From positions 7,255-71,254 of IMG/VR virus record IMGVR_UViG_3300034356_001232: DNA of 64,000 bases. One strand, written 5' to 3'. A program made the position numbers and the translations under genes. A model generated the notes under the pieces. It had not been told where the DNA came from and did not search any database. It worked only from the letters and a program-made list of their open reading frames with translations. This DNA is from a virus. Shown in pieces: positions 45,901-55,209 of the stretch; position 1 is the stretch's first letter, and each line of letters starts with the position of its first letter.

Positions 45901-46489
45901 TAAAGTAAATGATGAGTTGCAGATTATACCTACAGACCAAGTAGAAAGTGCATTAGGTCTTACTCAGCCTATCAATGCTGATAAGTACAATGCTGCCGTG
46001 GCTGCTATGCGGATTAATCCTGCAAACATTGTAAACATTGAAGTGATTACTAAAGACCCACAGACCGGTCAACTTGCAACCTCTGATTATGAAGTAGGTA
46101 GTGTATTTGCAAATACTTTCTTCTACCGTATTACAGTTAAAGTAGGTAATACAAACGCTGCAGTATTTGCCTTTAAGGGTGGTCTAAGAGATAATCCTAT
46201 GTCAATACAGGTAACAGGAACAGGATCTAATACTAAGTTTAATGTAGTGTCTAACGAAACTACTGCACCTGAAGTAGAAGAGAATGTCCCAAGGGGTAAG
46301 ATGTCCCTAGAAGACTTGAGTGCAGCTGTAGAGGAAACTCCTCAGACTCCTGCCAACTCTGTTGTATATGATTCTATGGATAACTCTCAGCAAGAGGAGG
46401 GTAAGAAGAACCAAGAAGATTGTAAACCTTCTGCAGGTAATCGATTCAAAACTTTCGGTAAGAACAAACCCAACAGGTTTAACTTTTAA
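39923..46489 (+). CDS. Giant ejection protein 1 (2188 aa)
   Basis: Helical, with G/A-rich hydrophobic segments (~aa 400-620). First of the three giant genes. Confidence 0.8.
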   Translation: MAKKLQGNFNFLGLDPSQSALDSNVIKSAVDNVLGQDPNIFKSYHSEEFLRPQVEYARYKNEIDRQRNLSVNSLNFLAKEAGYDDAHASNLYNRITSISDLDFDKGSEELKNLTKELDDLQEQATTNQHSGVDYWADFAGTVESLSRGTAKLFQSDDTNKKYDLEKYLGSNKPDYASLKEYSTPEDVTKYVSKLVNQQRQLLESRKVVSDLGIDKMVNLLEQSSKVSNKPNALDDIMMPLLETKFKTPGSDFFRDPNSDLALTTFDKWASYWNPEMVGSNMQKNAEYVKDFQDKMRRTVKSDPTKSVFDESAFLKHDLASEALGTYKLAIQNELNKTLEAARLQEEKAPTGVSPKNNPLYKSKIEKLNNALNIAVQHEKEIDSIYGVQKGDRSGALNALYHSGKEAMVAGTNFLFNLALLGNLPKTGTYDANTTLALNAGYKPEVIDYDKYGNPVLSSQVFYETKAGSKKNWGGFFESGLQIVGDMIPTILLTRGVGGAVRSAASAEAAALSEGASTAGLATKTLNVYDKINKVAVLPKKVPLVGGPLRIADRVATTASVYTTVYPRVYQEELKWGGNASERARLMAFNEALTEGLGFPEVGGLKVTGYRRGLGAAARTATDVPLTRTQRFTNFANGAGYFTKTALKVNLLETMEEEMALFGEYMISKGYEEEYDRVGRQKTELNDSTIIDTFVESFKGGLLYSGLNTGMRHYQITRPDALRDYARYEAAQNPELFKAKLVADFRKNPGSMTQKDLQNGIIEIDNLASTFKSLSSLDNLKDLNTFLDDEDARFNLFTRADQRNTLSMIDFESLTDEQREELTSYKLMSEISDKGLKRADELKLRVAELAERAREETLTPEEQAEYMKSQQDYFALKQLSRYKYFNRRDLSTEQVKFLTENGIMTDNSFNFTQEDLNKMISDVDTDILKTEKRAFQYASMTESQKKQRINQAYDDRISLISQMQSPAELNNSYSAIKRDYEYLDQNVANVSQEMMDNKKRLMEAYGARFDELTATQENGRNAFENSIAEVSLEELINSNDLTGLHDLVRALSKNQDHVDSGFFNIMQESIGIAHATIIDNLSKLSPEAKMNALLPIFDKLVKENVKSFYEPDALRETFTHDEGLKLDISNEEFEALRNNLMELRGKRRSDSLAATGRLDNVDTPVVDPANPPSDELSELANAASVASTEVDEAGDSEKKLKENDYYNRITANKTPQQIVEVIKNRINSRFNAQSKRAKSLIKIIDNYLADKDRVKFDTEWKAVVEDIQNEIDNLLTSNAKSKRAETLTETLNEAALWNRSMKKMLLQNPTTTFTPSPTVVEEAPEGLNPNAPIEDAPVVLLESQEKELEQLDSVQQARRSRLMQLTSSLKTAAIEYDGKNVRNSDIAVARRVAQLDSLSEDGEIQTKIVNRRQYLRETLGKLYPNKSNQEIEEDLQAINQFFTQTDMTVDVWDSLNDSQKDEFLQPINDLLGKHFFSNNEFSYFIKNKGKGLITQPSVIVTVADEKGKVALIDGYPLELQFTISEKNANKAWPNIPWRNSQRVVKDAQDFSIKEGDVMNAHKKGYEAREALVKYLSENDDADVIVPAELTAGVLIGPEAFQFIGETTVGQSVKLEDFQLAENAATAIFGKRFKFDLGRLYYNNNGNPLIIMNTQISKEDADVLADLVFSNDASVVNPVVLKEYLMSIMNQIDPQSRILLFDGDTYAFTNAEGQMVYQLDQLLKPTLTTGKKGSYKHRTLGKEEFSQLLQKMYYKVDKKYLQDGEREGDRLPRFKRVQDAEGNMTITMSNESYLDYLKRTHQFPVDKEDNLLTLGNKNLYLDSAAVEQKATTKKTSAPAPAKKTPTSTRSGKADIERRRQEELKPYDERDTKSLEAIMPNNPNHPTFKVGMKFSLGMNILVEDTLFADNYDGREDSYEAITVIMSPAEFGEDGKMTKAAKVKVTVFNTKEDADKAIQEKYETVKSKVGQKQQAINAKYDAELAALETPTRPTLTPKVNDELQIIPTDQVESALGLTQPINADKYNAAVAAMRINPANIVNIEVITKDPQTGQLATSDYEVGSVFANTFFYRITVKVGNTNAAVFAFKGGLRDNPMSIQVTGTGSNTKFNVVSNETTAPEVEENVPRGKMSLEDLSAAVEETPQTPANSVVYDSMDNSQQEEGKKNQEDCKPSAGNRFKTFGKNKPNRFNF

Positions 46490-46512
46490 CGAGCAAACTT
46501 TTATTAATAAAG

Positions 46513-46520
46513 TATATTTG
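46513..46520 (+). promoter_or_regulatory. -7 element TATATTTG before vRNAP gene
   Basis: Exact motif 7 nt before the ATG. No -33 match. Confidence 0.5.
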
Positions 46521-46527
46521 TAATACA

Positions 46528-49500
46528 ATGATTTGTCCTAATCTAACTAATTCCACTATACGTAAACAATTCAACAGCCTTGTTGATGTTGTGGGTGAAG
46601 ATTTTGCCTACTACCTATGGGATAAAAATAATGGTCTTCCATTATCACAACAAACAACAGGTAAAGGTGCTACAGAAAGTGTTTCTGCAAACCCTCTATA
46701 TGCTAACCTGGAAGGATTGTACGAAGGAGATAGTCGTAAGGCTACCTTAGCTGTAGCTATTACCTTTGGGAAAAACTTTCAAAAGAAGTATGCTGGATTT
46801 AATAAGATGTCTGTAGTCGACCAAGTAAAGTCAATTACAGATTATATTTTTAATAGTGATAAATCTTTAGAAGAAATCGCTGCTGGATACATTCGTAGGG
46901 CTAACCAAATGAATGTACAAAAGGGTCGTGCTATTAGTGTGAACCAAGAGCAAGTATCCCGTGAAGATCTCCGCAAGGATCCAAACTCTGTAGTAAATAA
47001 GATAGAGGAGGTTACCGGCTTAGATAGACTAGAGGCTTACAATAATTTCAAGAATAGTCCTATCAGTAGGTTTACAAGTTTTGCCAACATGCACAATGTG
47101 GTTAACAGCGGTGCCTATGCTACTTGGACAAAACACGCTTTGACTCTTTACAAAGGTTCTGACTACACTGATATCTACCACGAGTCTTGGCATGAATTCT
47201 CACAGAAGTATTTAACTCCTGCTGAGAGAGCTGCTTTGTATCAAACCATCACAAGTCGTGAAGGTAGTTTCAAGATAGGTAATATGTCTATCCCCTACAA
47301 TGCATTGACTCAACGACAAGCTGAAGAAGTATTGGCAGAGGAGTACAGAGCATTTGCCTTGAAGAAATCAAAAGACGTTACTGAGGTTGCTAAGGTTGAG
47401 AAACCTGTTGCTAAACTGTTTGACCGTATTTACTACTTCTTGCAGTCACTCTTTAATGGTGTGACTAAAAGAGGCAACTTATCTCCAGAGGATTTAGCAC
47501 AGAGTAAAGTTACTGAGGTATTTGAAAACCTTTACTCAGGTAAGATCTACACCTACAGAAGGTCTGAGAAGAACATAGCAGAAACTATTCTTAACCGTAC
47601 CAAGTCATTTACTTTGGTTACTGAGGATGAGAAGGGTAAACATACTATGGACTACGCAGCCAATGATGGATTTGAGATTCTTAACTTCATAGATTATAGT
47701 TTGTACGCTAAGATGAAAGCTGATGGCCGTAAGATTAGTGATTTGCTCGATGAGAGTATCCGTAATCAGTACGTACCTGAATTGTATAATGCTGTACGTG
47801 AAAACTTCCGTCAAGCAATTGCTGAATACGAGGCTCAACTTCAAGTTGCTATTAATAAGAAGGACGCAGGTACTGCAGACATTCTTCAAGATAGAATAGA
47901 TAAGCTAAAGCCAATCGTATACAACGATGAGACTTGGTTGGATACAGTAGATCACCACCAATCATTTGTACAAGGAGACTTGTTCAAAGTGCAATCTGAA
48001 ATTACAACTAAAGACGACACTCAAGAAAGTGTACAGGAAGATACTATTCCAGGAGAAGAAGGTAAGGACGTAGGTCAATATGCAGATAGATCTGCTGTTA
48101 ACCCACTTCAGTACTACGACCCTTATGTAGTAGAGTTGATTCGCAGTCTTCCAAACAAACAAGTGGTTGCTGGTCAAGTTATAGTAGTTACCGGAGATTC
48201 TCTAGGTCTTCCTACCAATGGAGATTTCCTATACAACAAGAACTTACTACAGGATAAACTTTCTGGTGTTACCAACTACGAAGAAGCTATCAAGATTATT
48301 GAAGGTTTGGTAGAGTACAATCCACAGATGCGTGATTTGCTTGACATGCTTCCTAGTCCTAAGCAAACTGAGTTGACTCCTGAAGAATTACTCCTTAAGA
48401 GTCAGTTTATACAGTCTATGTCTATGCCTCAAGTTACTCCTTTCCGTCTGAAAGCAGAGAAGATAGCTCGTATCATAGAAACAACCAAGGGCAATAAAGA
48501 AGTATCTGGTCTTGGATTCAATACTTTCTTTGTGAGTACCTTAACACAAGATGCTCTTTTAGAGTTCTTTGATAACGAGTTCCAGCAAAGTGCTTTGCGT
48601 GAACACCGTTCAGAGAATGCAGAAGAAGGTAGAAAGTTTGTAAAGAGTGCGCCTAATGGATTAGAGTTTGCTACATTCTCAATAGAGTCTGCACTTACTT
48701 CTTACAAGTTGAGTCCTCAGTCTAGCACTAAGCAACTGTTTGACTTTATGCGTGATGCTTTTGGCATTGACCTGTATCCTCAAAACATGGCTTCCTTCTT
48801 CGATAAGCAAGGAAACATTAGACAGACCTTATCTCCTTACTCAGCTACAACTGAAGACGCTATGCGTAAATCTGCTTTGGCTGCTTACAATAAGATGGTC
48901 TTGTACAACATGATCAACAAACTTCCCGTTAAAGAATATAGGAACTTGTTGAACAAAGTTAACAAGGCTGTTGAAACCCCTGCACGTACTTTCTTATCTG
49001 ATGTACGTAAAGACATTTCTAGTTTGTTGCAAGAAGGCATCAAAGAACTAAAGGGTAATACCGCTATCACAGAAAAAGATACCGAGGCTACCATTGCTTA
49101 CAAAAACGTACTTCAACACTTTAACGAGAACATAGGTAACCAGACTCTCGCTAACGAAAGACAATTACTATTTAAAGCTGCTGAGAACTTTTACTACGTA
49201 ACTAAATCTGCTTCATTCATCAACGATGAAGGAAACATGGAGTGGTCTATCCGTGAGTGGCAACACCTAGTATCTGAAGTTAGTAACGTTAACAATGTTC
49301 AGAACGTAAAAGATCTTTCTGGTCACCTTAATTTAAACAGCAATGACTTTGTAGGAAACTTTGATAAGTCAGGTTCATTTGTAACCAACTCTGCTCTACT
49401 GAATAAACTATTCAATCAATCAGGAACCCGTAGAAAGAATCTTAGTAAAGAGTTTAGAAAGATGGAGGTAGTTAACTTTACTGGATACACTCCTGGTGTA

Positions 49501-52500
49501 GATGGTAAAAAGACTATTAACCTTAACCCTGAAGATAAACTTATTCAAGATTTAGGTGCTTACCTTAAGGAAGGCGTGTTTGAGAATATGCGTCCCGGCT
49601 CTAAGGCATCTTCCTACGCTACTCGTATGAGTGGTTCCCGTGCCGAGAGATTGTACTACGATATTAATTCTTTCGGATTAGATTCTGAAAGTGGTGCTGT
49701 AATGCTTCCTGGAGAAGTAGTAGAGCAGTTCTACAAGTATCTTAAGTTTGAGTTGTCTCGTGCCTACACAGATACCAATGGGAAAGAAAAACTTACCGCT
49801 AAAGAAAAGCGTGGTGGTCAGTTTATCATATTCAACGGAATAATTCCTAAAGACATAGAGAAGCAAATGCTTGACACTATCAAGAGTAGTGAGTTGTCTA
49901 AAGAGGAAACTGTTGATCAGGTAATGAAACTTATGCCTTTGGCTTCGTTTAAAAGTTATCTAGAGCCTTTCTTTAATGCTGAGGTTCAGACGTTTAAACT
50001 AGAGTTGGCTGAGGCAATTAACTTAGGTCAGATCGAGAAGAATCCCAGAGATTCTAGCACTATGAGTTTGGAGGACAGGTTTAAAACTTTATTCCCTGAT
50101 ACTCCTAACCTTGATATAGTACTTGCTGACTACATCACAAACTACAGTACGCATCAGATTGAATACATGCACCTGTTTGTAGGGGATCCTTCTAACTTTA
50201 ACATCAATACTGATGACTTAAAGCAAGATAACTGGCGTGAGGTATTCAAGCGTATCGGTGCATCTATATCTCCGGGCCGTCAGCCTAAGATAGATACCCA
50301 AGACTTAAATACTTTTAACGGCAATAAGAAGCTTAGTAGAGGTCTTGAGTCATTGGTAAGTCCAAACACAGTAAGAAACTACGGCACTACATTTAACTAC
50401 GTTCAGTTCAAAGACATTAATACTTTTGAAACTCCTGAACAAAGAGTTGTTTTTGCTCGTCAGATAATTACAAACTATGCCTCTCATCTATCTACTGAAG
50501 ATAAAGGTAAGTTGTCTATGGACGAATACATTGCTAAAGCCGAAGACTTACTTGGAGATAATATTGCTGCAGTACTTAACCAAAAGAAAGAGTCTGATGC
50601 CCAGGCATATATGAACCTTGACTTTATGCGTTTCTACCTACACTCTATTGGTGAGTGGGGACCAAAACTAGAAAAAGCATACAAGCATGAGGTTAAAGTT
50701 ATGGAGAAGATACTTGCGTATCGTCAAACCAATGATCCTACAACCTACCAAGAAATCAAAGACTTGATTGCTCAAACTGATATGGGTATCTTGACTTCTT
50801 TGAAATTAGGTTACTGGGGTTCTCCCACTAACAACACCAACTATGTAACACTTGGTAAGTACTCTGTGTTCCCTATGAGTCCGTCAGTTGTATTTGAAAC
50901 AGACTTAGAGGAAAGAGCATTGGATATGTTTAAGAGTGGCGTTGACTTTGCTACGTTTGATTCGGGTAGCAAGATGTCTTTACCTGTAGATTCTATTGAC
51001 TTCTACAGAAAAGAAACTGTAGTTGATGCTTACGGTGTAGAGAAAGAAGTACGTGCTATCAACCCTATTACAAAAGAAAGCATAGTTGAGTTCCCGATAG
51101 AAGGTCTTAGAAGACAGCAGTACATCGCTCCTAAGTATAAGAACGAGGCTACTCTATCTACTCAGTTGGTTAAGATTCTATTCTCTAACTTCTATGAGGA
51201 TGGTCAACTAGCCGGTGAGTATGCAGGTAATTCTGTTATTGGTCAAAAGATAGAGAGAGCAAGACAAGCATTCATCAATAACTTGAATGTGGTTGTTGAA
51301 GCAGAGAAAGCCAAAATCTATACTAGGATTGGTGCAGAGATGAAGGACGGTAAACTTGTCAGCTTTGATACAGAGATGTTTGCTGATTGGATTACTTCTG
51401 AATTTGATAAGAAAGATATTCCACAGGCAGTTTATGACTATCTGTTGGTAGAGAATAACCGTTTTGTATTCTCATTGGACGTGGCGCCACAACGTGCTTT
51501 GTTTGAAAGTGTACTCTCTAGTGCATTGAGCAAACGTGTAGTTCGTCCTAAGATGTTTGGTGAGGCATACATTCAGTTGGCTTCTAGTGGTTTCAACAAG
51601 ACCAATACTAGATATACTAAGCCAACAGATGCTGATGTAGCAAAATACGGTGTAGGTGGTTTGCGTGACTATGGTCGCATAGTTAACGGTAAACATCAAC
51701 CGGCAGATATTAAGCTTGCCTTTAATCCTAAGAAGCATGCTCCTTTACTTAACTTGTCTTACAACGGAGAAGTAATAGGAACTCTAGATAGATTGAATGA
51801 AGCCTTGATGGACGATAATTGGGTAGAGCAAAACTCTGCAAAGATTACTATCGTAGGTGTTCGTATTCCTGTACAGGCTTTGAACTCTATGGAGTTTTTG
51901 CGTGTACGTGAGTTCTTACCTGAGAAGGCCGGTCCGATTATCATTGTGCCTCCCTCGATTGTAACCAAGTCAGGATCGGATTTTGATATAGATAAGTTGT
52001 TCATGTACGAGCCAGAGATGGACGACGAGGGCAATCTTATCCTAACTAACAAAGAGTTCCAAGCTAATCCTGCTGCTGTTTATGAGTTTATTAAATTCAG
52101 ACAAGAGAGCAAAGTAGAATTATCTAGAGCTATCAACGTACTCAAGAACAAGAAGAAAGAATTTATCGACAGGTTCTCTGCTGATAAAACCATTCAAGAT
52201 GTAATGAGTTCGTTTATTGCGAATAACAACATGGTGTTTAAGGTTTCCAAGTCTAAGAAGACAGACAAGGAAGAGTCAGCCATCATGGACAATGCACTTA
52301 CCCAAGCAATCGTATTGGAGCAAGCATTGGCAGCGCAAACGCAAGACCCTGAAATCATTGAGTTAACTAAGACTATTAGTAATCTTAAGAAAATCTACCA
52401 GAAGTATGAGAAGTACTCACCTGGAAGAATTAAATCAGGTTCCTCTAACGAAGTAATTGCTGCTATCTCTGATGTTCTTTCTGAGCCATCTGTGATGAGT

Positions 52501-55188
52501 ACTTTCTTGAAGCCTACTGACTCTCCTATTTTGAAAGGATTGGCTAAGTATTACGATGATAAGTATCGTATGGGTACCGGTAAGATTAAATCATCTAGGA
52601 TGTTTACTCCTAGTGTATCTCTACAGATCTTTAGAGAGAATGCTACCGGTAAAAAATCTTTGGGTATTGATGCTAAGACAAACGCTTTGCATAAACTCTA
52701 CCAGCAAGTAGGTTTGCGTTACACTGAAGAGTTCTTCTTGAACAACTTCTTGATGCGTACCAACAAAGATGCCAATGGTATTGTACTTGGTGGTTTATAT
52801 GAGGCTAATAACCCATACAGGGAAGGCGAGAATAAATACTTAATCTCAGATATTATTAACGAGTTCATCAATGGACACGTTGACATCGAGAAAGAAGACT
52901 GGATTAACTACTTCAACGCAGACAAAGCAAGAACTGCTACTATTCTTCAGATGGTACTCAACGGTATGCCTATCGAGGATGCTATCTTGCTTGTTAACCA
53001 ACCTATTGTTCACCACTACTTAAAGAACAGAAACCTCAATCAAACTGCTAGACAGTTAGGTTTTTCTGGTAAGCGTATGGGCGACTACCTTAAAGAAGGT
53101 TTGACTGCTGTTGGCTTAAAGAGTTATCTTCAGTACGATAATGGTAAACTCTCTATTCGTAAAACCATTAGAGAGATGATGTCTGATGACTTGTTCAATA
53201 AGCATATCAAAAATTTCAATGAAGAAAATTATACACCAACTACCGATACCTCTAGAAATAGTTATGATCTATTGCTCAGTACTATTGACGAAGGTGACAA
53301 CCGTGTTAAGGCTATTGCTCAGTTAGCATTCTTAACTCAGTATGCTTTGATTGAAGAGCAGAACGAAAACTTGCTTAACTTGACTTCAGTTATTGACTTT
53401 AACACAGCTTCTTACCGTAACTTGAATGACTTCCATAAAGTAGCACCTGCATTGCGTGAGGCACAAAACTTCTTTAACAAAGAAGCATTAGATAAGATTG
53501 TTTCAAGTAGCGTAGTGTCTCCGTTTAACGTAACGGAAGATGCTATTACTATCGGTACGCAAGTGTTTGATGTAATAGGAAGCAAAGAGTATCAAGAGTT
53601 CTTGAATCTTTACATTGATCAGTATGGTAAGTTCTGGGATCCGGACACTACTGTAACTGAAGTAAACAACTTGAATAGTGCTGTTATGCATGCATTCATT
53701 CAGAAGTTTACTGAACTGAGTGGCGTAGATTACTACCAAGAGTACGGACCTAAGTCTAAATACTTGACTAAGGGTGCTCAAGGTAACTTGGCAAGTCAAT
53801 ACAATAAACTGTTCAAGCAGTTTGCAAAGTACGATACTAACCTTGCTTCTTTTGCACGTAGGAATCTATTCTTAAAGAATTTTAGAAAGCAAGACGTAGA
53901 AGGAACTAACAAGTTCTATATAGCGATGCAGACTAACGAGCGTGATCCTGTTACTGTCGATGCTATTCAGAAATCATTTGAAGATGGCTTAAACTATAAC
54001 TACTCTCAATCTATTGAGGTTAACGGCCAAACAATTGACTTGAACGAATCTGTAAGACAGTTCTTCCAGGACGTAGCAAATGCTACAATACTCGGACAAG
54101 GTTTTGCCATTAAGTTCCGTAGTATCCAACCTTATCTTCCTGTAAACTCCTTGGAGTCTTTGTGGGGAGCTGTAGAAGAACTTAGAGATATTAAAGGCAA
54201 GTTGTTTGCGGACGAGTCTGAATTTACCGACGAACAAAAGGCAGAGTCTAAACAAGGTCGTATTAACTTCTTGTCTTTCTTGAATCAGGTAATGAAGATA
54301 CATGCTAAGCAAGCCTTCTCACCTGCCAGTAAATCACTTAACCGATTAAAGTATTTCCCTGATTACTTGAGAGAGTCTGTAGCTAAAGGTATAGTTATAA
54401 CTCCTAAAGCCAAAGGGATTGCTGCAATGCTTGTACCTAACACTACTGAGGCTAAGCTTAAGTCTAAGTTTCCTGTCAAGTTCGAAGGTAAAGAGTACTC
54501 AGATGTTATGGCTGCGTTTAACGCCAACAAACTTCCTTTCATTATTGAGGGACGTAGGGAGAACGCTTCTATCTTGAGTGAGTTAATGACTAGCATTTTG
54601 ACCGAGCGTTTCCGTCAGTATCCACGTATGTTTGGTCTTATCTCTGACTTAGGCGGTGTTGCCCTGCTTGAGATGAGTATCTACAAAGGCATGGGTTACG
54701 AGTGGCGTACAAGCACAACTAGTCCCGGTAACTACATCAAGTCCCTAATCAATGCTTACAACAACGTAGAGGCTGAGTTGACTCCTATTTGGGAACAAAT
54801 GCAGGCAGACAAAGCACAGGCTATGACAGAGGAAGATATGCCAGACACATCACTTGATGATCAAGCTTACCTAGACTACCTCAATAAACAAGGAGGAGAA
54901 GAGTTCTCAGGTCCATTCATTGCTATTGAAGATGATGGTTCTATGGACTTGGAAGATACCGGTCTTAAGTTAAAGACACCTGCTGTTGTAGAAGAACCTA
55001 TGTACGATACGGGTATGATAGATAAAAGTAATAACGAGATTAAGTTAAAGTATAGTGAGGTCACTCCAGCTAGGTTAAGAGAACTTATGCCACAAGCATC
55101 TGAGGAAAAATTAAACTTTATTGTTGCTAACATCCAACAACAGATGAGAGACCAGAACCCAGGATTTGACTTTACAAGTACTTGTTAA
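46528..55188 (+). CDS. Virion-packaged DNA-dependent RNA polymerase (two-barrel, crAss type) with N-terminal zincin domain
   Basis: RIPVQALNS...GSDFDIDKLF (DFDID 51979-51993), SDAQAY, SGSK. HESWH zincin at 47179-47193. Confidence 0.92.
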   Translation: MICPNLTNSTIRKQFNSLVDVVGEDFAYYLWDKNNGLPLSQQTTGKGATESVSANPLYANLEGLYEGDSRKATLAVAITFGKNFQKKYAGFNKMSVVDQVKSITDYIFNSDKSLEEIAAGYIRRANQMNVQKGRAISVNQEQVSREDLRKDPNSVVNKIEEVTGLDRLEAYNNFKNSPISRFTSFANMHNVVNSGAYATWTKHALTLYKGSDYTDIYHESWHEFSQKYLTPAERAALYQTITSREGSFKIGNMSIPYNALTQRQAEEVLAEEYRAFALKKSKDVTEVAKVEKPVAKLFDRIYYFLQSLFNGVTKRGNLSPEDLAQSKVTEVFENLYSGKIYTYRRSEKNIAETILNRTKSFTLVTEDEKGKHTMDYAANDGFEILNFIDYSLYAKMKADGRKISDLLDESIRNQYVPELYNAVRENFRQAIAEYEAQLQVAINKKDAGTADILQDRIDKLKPIVYNDETWLDTVDHHQSFVQGDLFKVQSEITTKDDTQESVQEDTIPGEEGKDVGQYADRSAVNPLQYYDPYVVELIRSLPNKQVVAGQVIVVTGDSLGLPTNGDFLYNKNLLQDKLSGVTNYEEAIKIIEGLVEYNPQMRDLLDMLPSPKQTELTPEELLLKSQFIQSMSMPQVTPFRLKAEKIARIIETTKGNKEVSGLGFNTFFVSTLTQDALLEFFDNEFQQSALREHRSENAEEGRKFVKSAPNGLEFATFSIESALTSYKLSPQSSTKQLFDFMRDAFGIDLYPQNMASFFDKQGNIRQTLSPYSATTEDAMRKSALAAYNKMVLYNMINKLPVKEYRNLLNKVNKAVETPARTFLSDVRKDISSLLQEGIKELKGNTAITEKDTEATIAYKNVLQHFNENIGNQTLANERQLLFKAAENFYYVTKSASFINDEGNMEWSIREWQHLVSEVSNVNNVQNVKDLSGHLNLNSNDFVGNFDKSGSFVTNSALLNKLFNQSGTRRKNLSKEFRKMEVVNFTGYTPGVDGKKTINLNPEDKLIQDLGAYLKEGVFENMRPGSKASSYATRMSGSRAERLYYDINSFGLDSESGAVMLPGEVVEQFYKYLKFELSRAYTDTNGKEKLTAKEKRGGQFIIFNGIIPKDIEKQMLDTIKSSELSKEETVDQVMKLMPLASFKSYLEPFFNAEVQTFKLELAEAINLGQIEKNPRDSSTMSLEDRFKTLFPDTPNLDIVLADYITNYSTHQIEYMHLFVGDPSNFNINTDDLKQDNWREVFKRIGASISPGRQPKIDTQDLNTFNGNKKLSRGLESLVSPNTVRNYGTTFNYVQFKDINTFETPEQRVVFARQIITNYASHLSTEDKGKLSMDEYIAKAEDLLGDNIAAVLNQKKESDAQAYMNLDFMRFYLHSIGEWGPKLEKAYKHEVKVMEKILAYRQTNDPTTYQEIKDLIAQTDMGILTSLKLGYWGSPTNNTNYVTLGKYSVFPMSPSVVFETDLEERALDMFKSGVDFATFDSGSKMSLPVDSIDFYRKETVVDAYGVEKEVRAINPITKESIVEFPIEGLRRQQYIAPKYKNEATLSTQLVKILFSNFYEDGQLAGEYAGNSVIGQKIERARQAFINNLNVVVEAEKAKIYTRIGAEMKDGKLVSFDTEMFADWITSEFDKKDIPQAVYDYLLVENNRFVFSLDVAPQRALFESVLSSALSKRVVRPKMFGEAYIQLASSGFNKTNTRYTKPTDADVAKYGVGGLRDYGRIVNGKHQPADIKLAFNPKKHAPLLNLSYNGEVIGTLDRLNEALMDDNWVEQNSAKITIVGVRIPVQALNSMEFLRVREFLPEKAGPIIIVPPSIVTKSGSDFDIDKLFMYEPEMDDEGNLILTNKEFQANPAAVYEFIKFRQESKVELSRAINVLKNKKKEFIDRFSADKTIQDVMSSFIANNNMVFKVSKSKKTDKEESAIMDNALTQAIVLEQALAAQTQDPEIIELTKTISNLKKIYQKYEKYSPGRIKSGSSNEVIAAISDVLSEPSVMSTFLKPTDSPILKGLAKYYDDKYRMGTGKIKSSRMFTPSVSLQIFRENATGKKSLGIDAKTNALHKLYQQVGLRYTEEFFLNNFLMRTNKDANGIVLGGLYEANNPYREGENKYLISDIINEFINGHVDIEKEDWINYFNADKARTATILQMVLNGMPIEDAILLVNQPIVHHYLKNRNLNQTARQLGFSGKRMGDYLKEGLTAVGLKSYLQYDNGKLSIRKTIREMMSDDLFNKHIKNFNEENYTPTTDTSRNSYDLLLSTIDEGDNRVKAIAQLAFLTQYALIEEQNENLLNLTSVIDFNTASYRNLNDFHKVAPALREAQNFFNKEALDKIVSSSVVSPFNVTEDAITIGTQVFDVIGSKEYQEFLNLYIDQYGKFWDPDTTVTEVNNLNSAVMHAFIQKFTELSGVDYYQEYGPKSKYLTKGAQGNLASQYNKLFKQFAKYDTNLASFARRNLFLKNFRKQDVEGTNKFYIAMQTNERDPVTVDAIQKSFEDGLNYNYSQSIEVNGQTIDLNESVRQFFQDVANATILGQGFAIKFRSIQPYLPVNSLESLWGAVEELRDIKGKLFADESEFTDEQKAESKQGRINFLSFLNQVMKIHAKQAFSPASKSLNRLKYFPDYLRESVAKGIVITPKAKGIAAMLVPNTTEAKLKSKFPVKFEGKEYSDVMAAFNANKLPFIIEGRRENASILSELMTSILTERFRQYPRMFGLISDLGGVALLEMSIYKGMGYEWRTSTTSPGNYIKSLINAYNNVEAELTPIWEQMQADKAQAMTEEDMPDTSLDDQAYLDYLNKQGGEEFSGPFIAIEDDGSMDLEDTGLKLKTPAVVEEPMYDTGMIDKSNNEIKLKYSEVTPARLRELMPQASEEKLNFIVANIQQQMRDQNPGFDFTSTC

Positions 55189-55193
55189 TAGAT

Positions 55194-55201
55194 TATATTT
55201 G
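55194..55201 (+). promoter_or_regulatory. -7 element TATATTTG before giant gene 3
   Basis: Exact motif in a 21-nt intergenic gap. Confidence 0.5.
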
Positions 55202-55209
55202 TAAATAAC

